A stretch of DNA of 64,000 nt from Tubiluchus corallicola (taxonomy: Eukaryota; Animalia; Priapulida), in the NCBI GenBank assembly GCA_030141605.1, contig JAQGDQ010000494.1, positions 1 through 64,000 of the forward strand. Reading direction: 5' to 3'. A program made the position numbers and the translations under genes. Under the pieces are notes generated by a model that worked only from the letters and a program-made list of their open reading frames with translations, did not search any database and was not told where the DNA came from. How positions within the stretch are numbered: the stretch's first letter is position 1; each line of letters opens with the position of its first letter. This document shows positions 63,011 to 64,000 of the stretch, piece by piece.

Positions 63011-63319
63011 CTGCAATAGGGAAAAATGAAACAAAATTAAAATAAACACAGAAAACCATCAGCTTACAATAAGATGTGTGAGGTTTGTTAAAGTACGGTA
63101 CCGTTGTAGCCAACAACAGTACAAATGAATCATACCTTCATGTATTAAGATACTTCATCAAAGACCTTCATCATTCAATTCACATCGTTCTTCAGTCATC
63201 AATTCTAAAAGCACAAAACCGTCGATAATAACACTGATGAAAGTTGTTGGAAACGATCATGGCATCTTTTCAAGGAATTATTTTAGAAATGTAACCAAAA
63301 GGAACCAGGCGTTCCTGAA

Positions 63320-63700
63320 CTGAAAGGAAGGCAGGAAGATTTTTCATATACTGCCCCATTTTGAAGTCCGATAAAAAGTATACATTTTAGCACAATTAAT
63401 ACTGCAACAAAATCGTTTTTGATAATTAAATAATAGATTAAAAACTTAATAAACAGCGGGAGAGCCCAACTAATGATGGCATCACAAACTAGCATAATTT
63501 TCAACATCAAAAATATTCCAAGAAAGTCTTGCCCGTGTTTACGAAAGCAAAGACTGAAGTACAGTGCCACCGTAAGATATTTGGTGTGTTGTAATAAAAC
63601 TAGTCAAGATTTAAGATAAAAATTCAAATTTCAAAATTTCTGCTGAACTGAGAGATACATCAGCGAAGAGTTAGCGATGCAAATGTGAAATTGTGTTTTA
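63320..63700 (+). mobile_element. Kolobok-like family A, partial copy
   Basis: Homologous to 40603-41100. Confidence 0.65.
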
Positions 63701-63764
63701 AAAGTTAGTCCACCCAGACACTTGACTAAATGCTCTAACATAAATTAATACGATCCACGATTGC

Positions 63765-64000
63765 TTAAAGAAAAAGCCAGACAATTGTGTAAACTTTAGT
63801 TCAAAACAAAGTACGCTCTAAAATATTGAAAACTACAACAGCTTTTTTTAGACCATAAGCTTAGATTAAATAACAATTACCTCAGATAGTTAAATTTTAT
63901 TGAACTTTCAAAGCTCAGTGAATCCACTAAGATTAGCAATGGCGCCTTTTTGTTACATTTGCGTTGCCGAAAAATAGGCTCGGTACCGTTATAAGCATGA
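63765..64000 (-). mobile_element. Kolobok-like family B, partial (runs off the window)
   Basis: ttaaag start; matches 37105-37320. Confidence 0.55.

Noticed and set aside
63232-63260. Fourth hammerhead (ctgatga...gaaacg)
   Set aside because: Helix II cannot pair convincingly.

Overview
AT-rich, intron-rich eukaryotic DNA, most likely from a bilaterian invertebrate; no prokaryotic features. I assembled three spliced genes by hand from GT-AG sites and phase continuity. (1) The 3' part of a + strand pentraxin-domain gene has 5 exons (2188-14005), with its 5' end outside the window. (2) A complete - strand Tudor/TDRD6-like gene has 15 coding exons (48163-20270) and encodes about 3026 aa, with 10 extended Tudor domains and a very long acidic region. 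(3) A - strand C2H2 zinc-finger gene has a Fez-like finger array and an AT-hook (5 exons, 63010-54234). Introns and intergenic DNA hold hAT, Tc1/pogo, Kolobok-like and Helitron non-autonomous elements, RTE LINE remnants, and Penelope-like remnants carrying minimal hammerhead ribozyme motifs. The most striking unexplained pattern is in the minisatellites. Five arrays, in all three genes and on both strands, are built from a unit containing the end of a coding exon plus its splice donor or stop codon, and each extends downstream in the direction of transcription. One of them (21 bp) is fully in frame and supplies a ladder of alternative donors inside Tudor domain 10. A 10-copy array of CTCF-like motifs lies between the two convergent 3' ends. 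All calls are from reading the sequence; no database searches were run.
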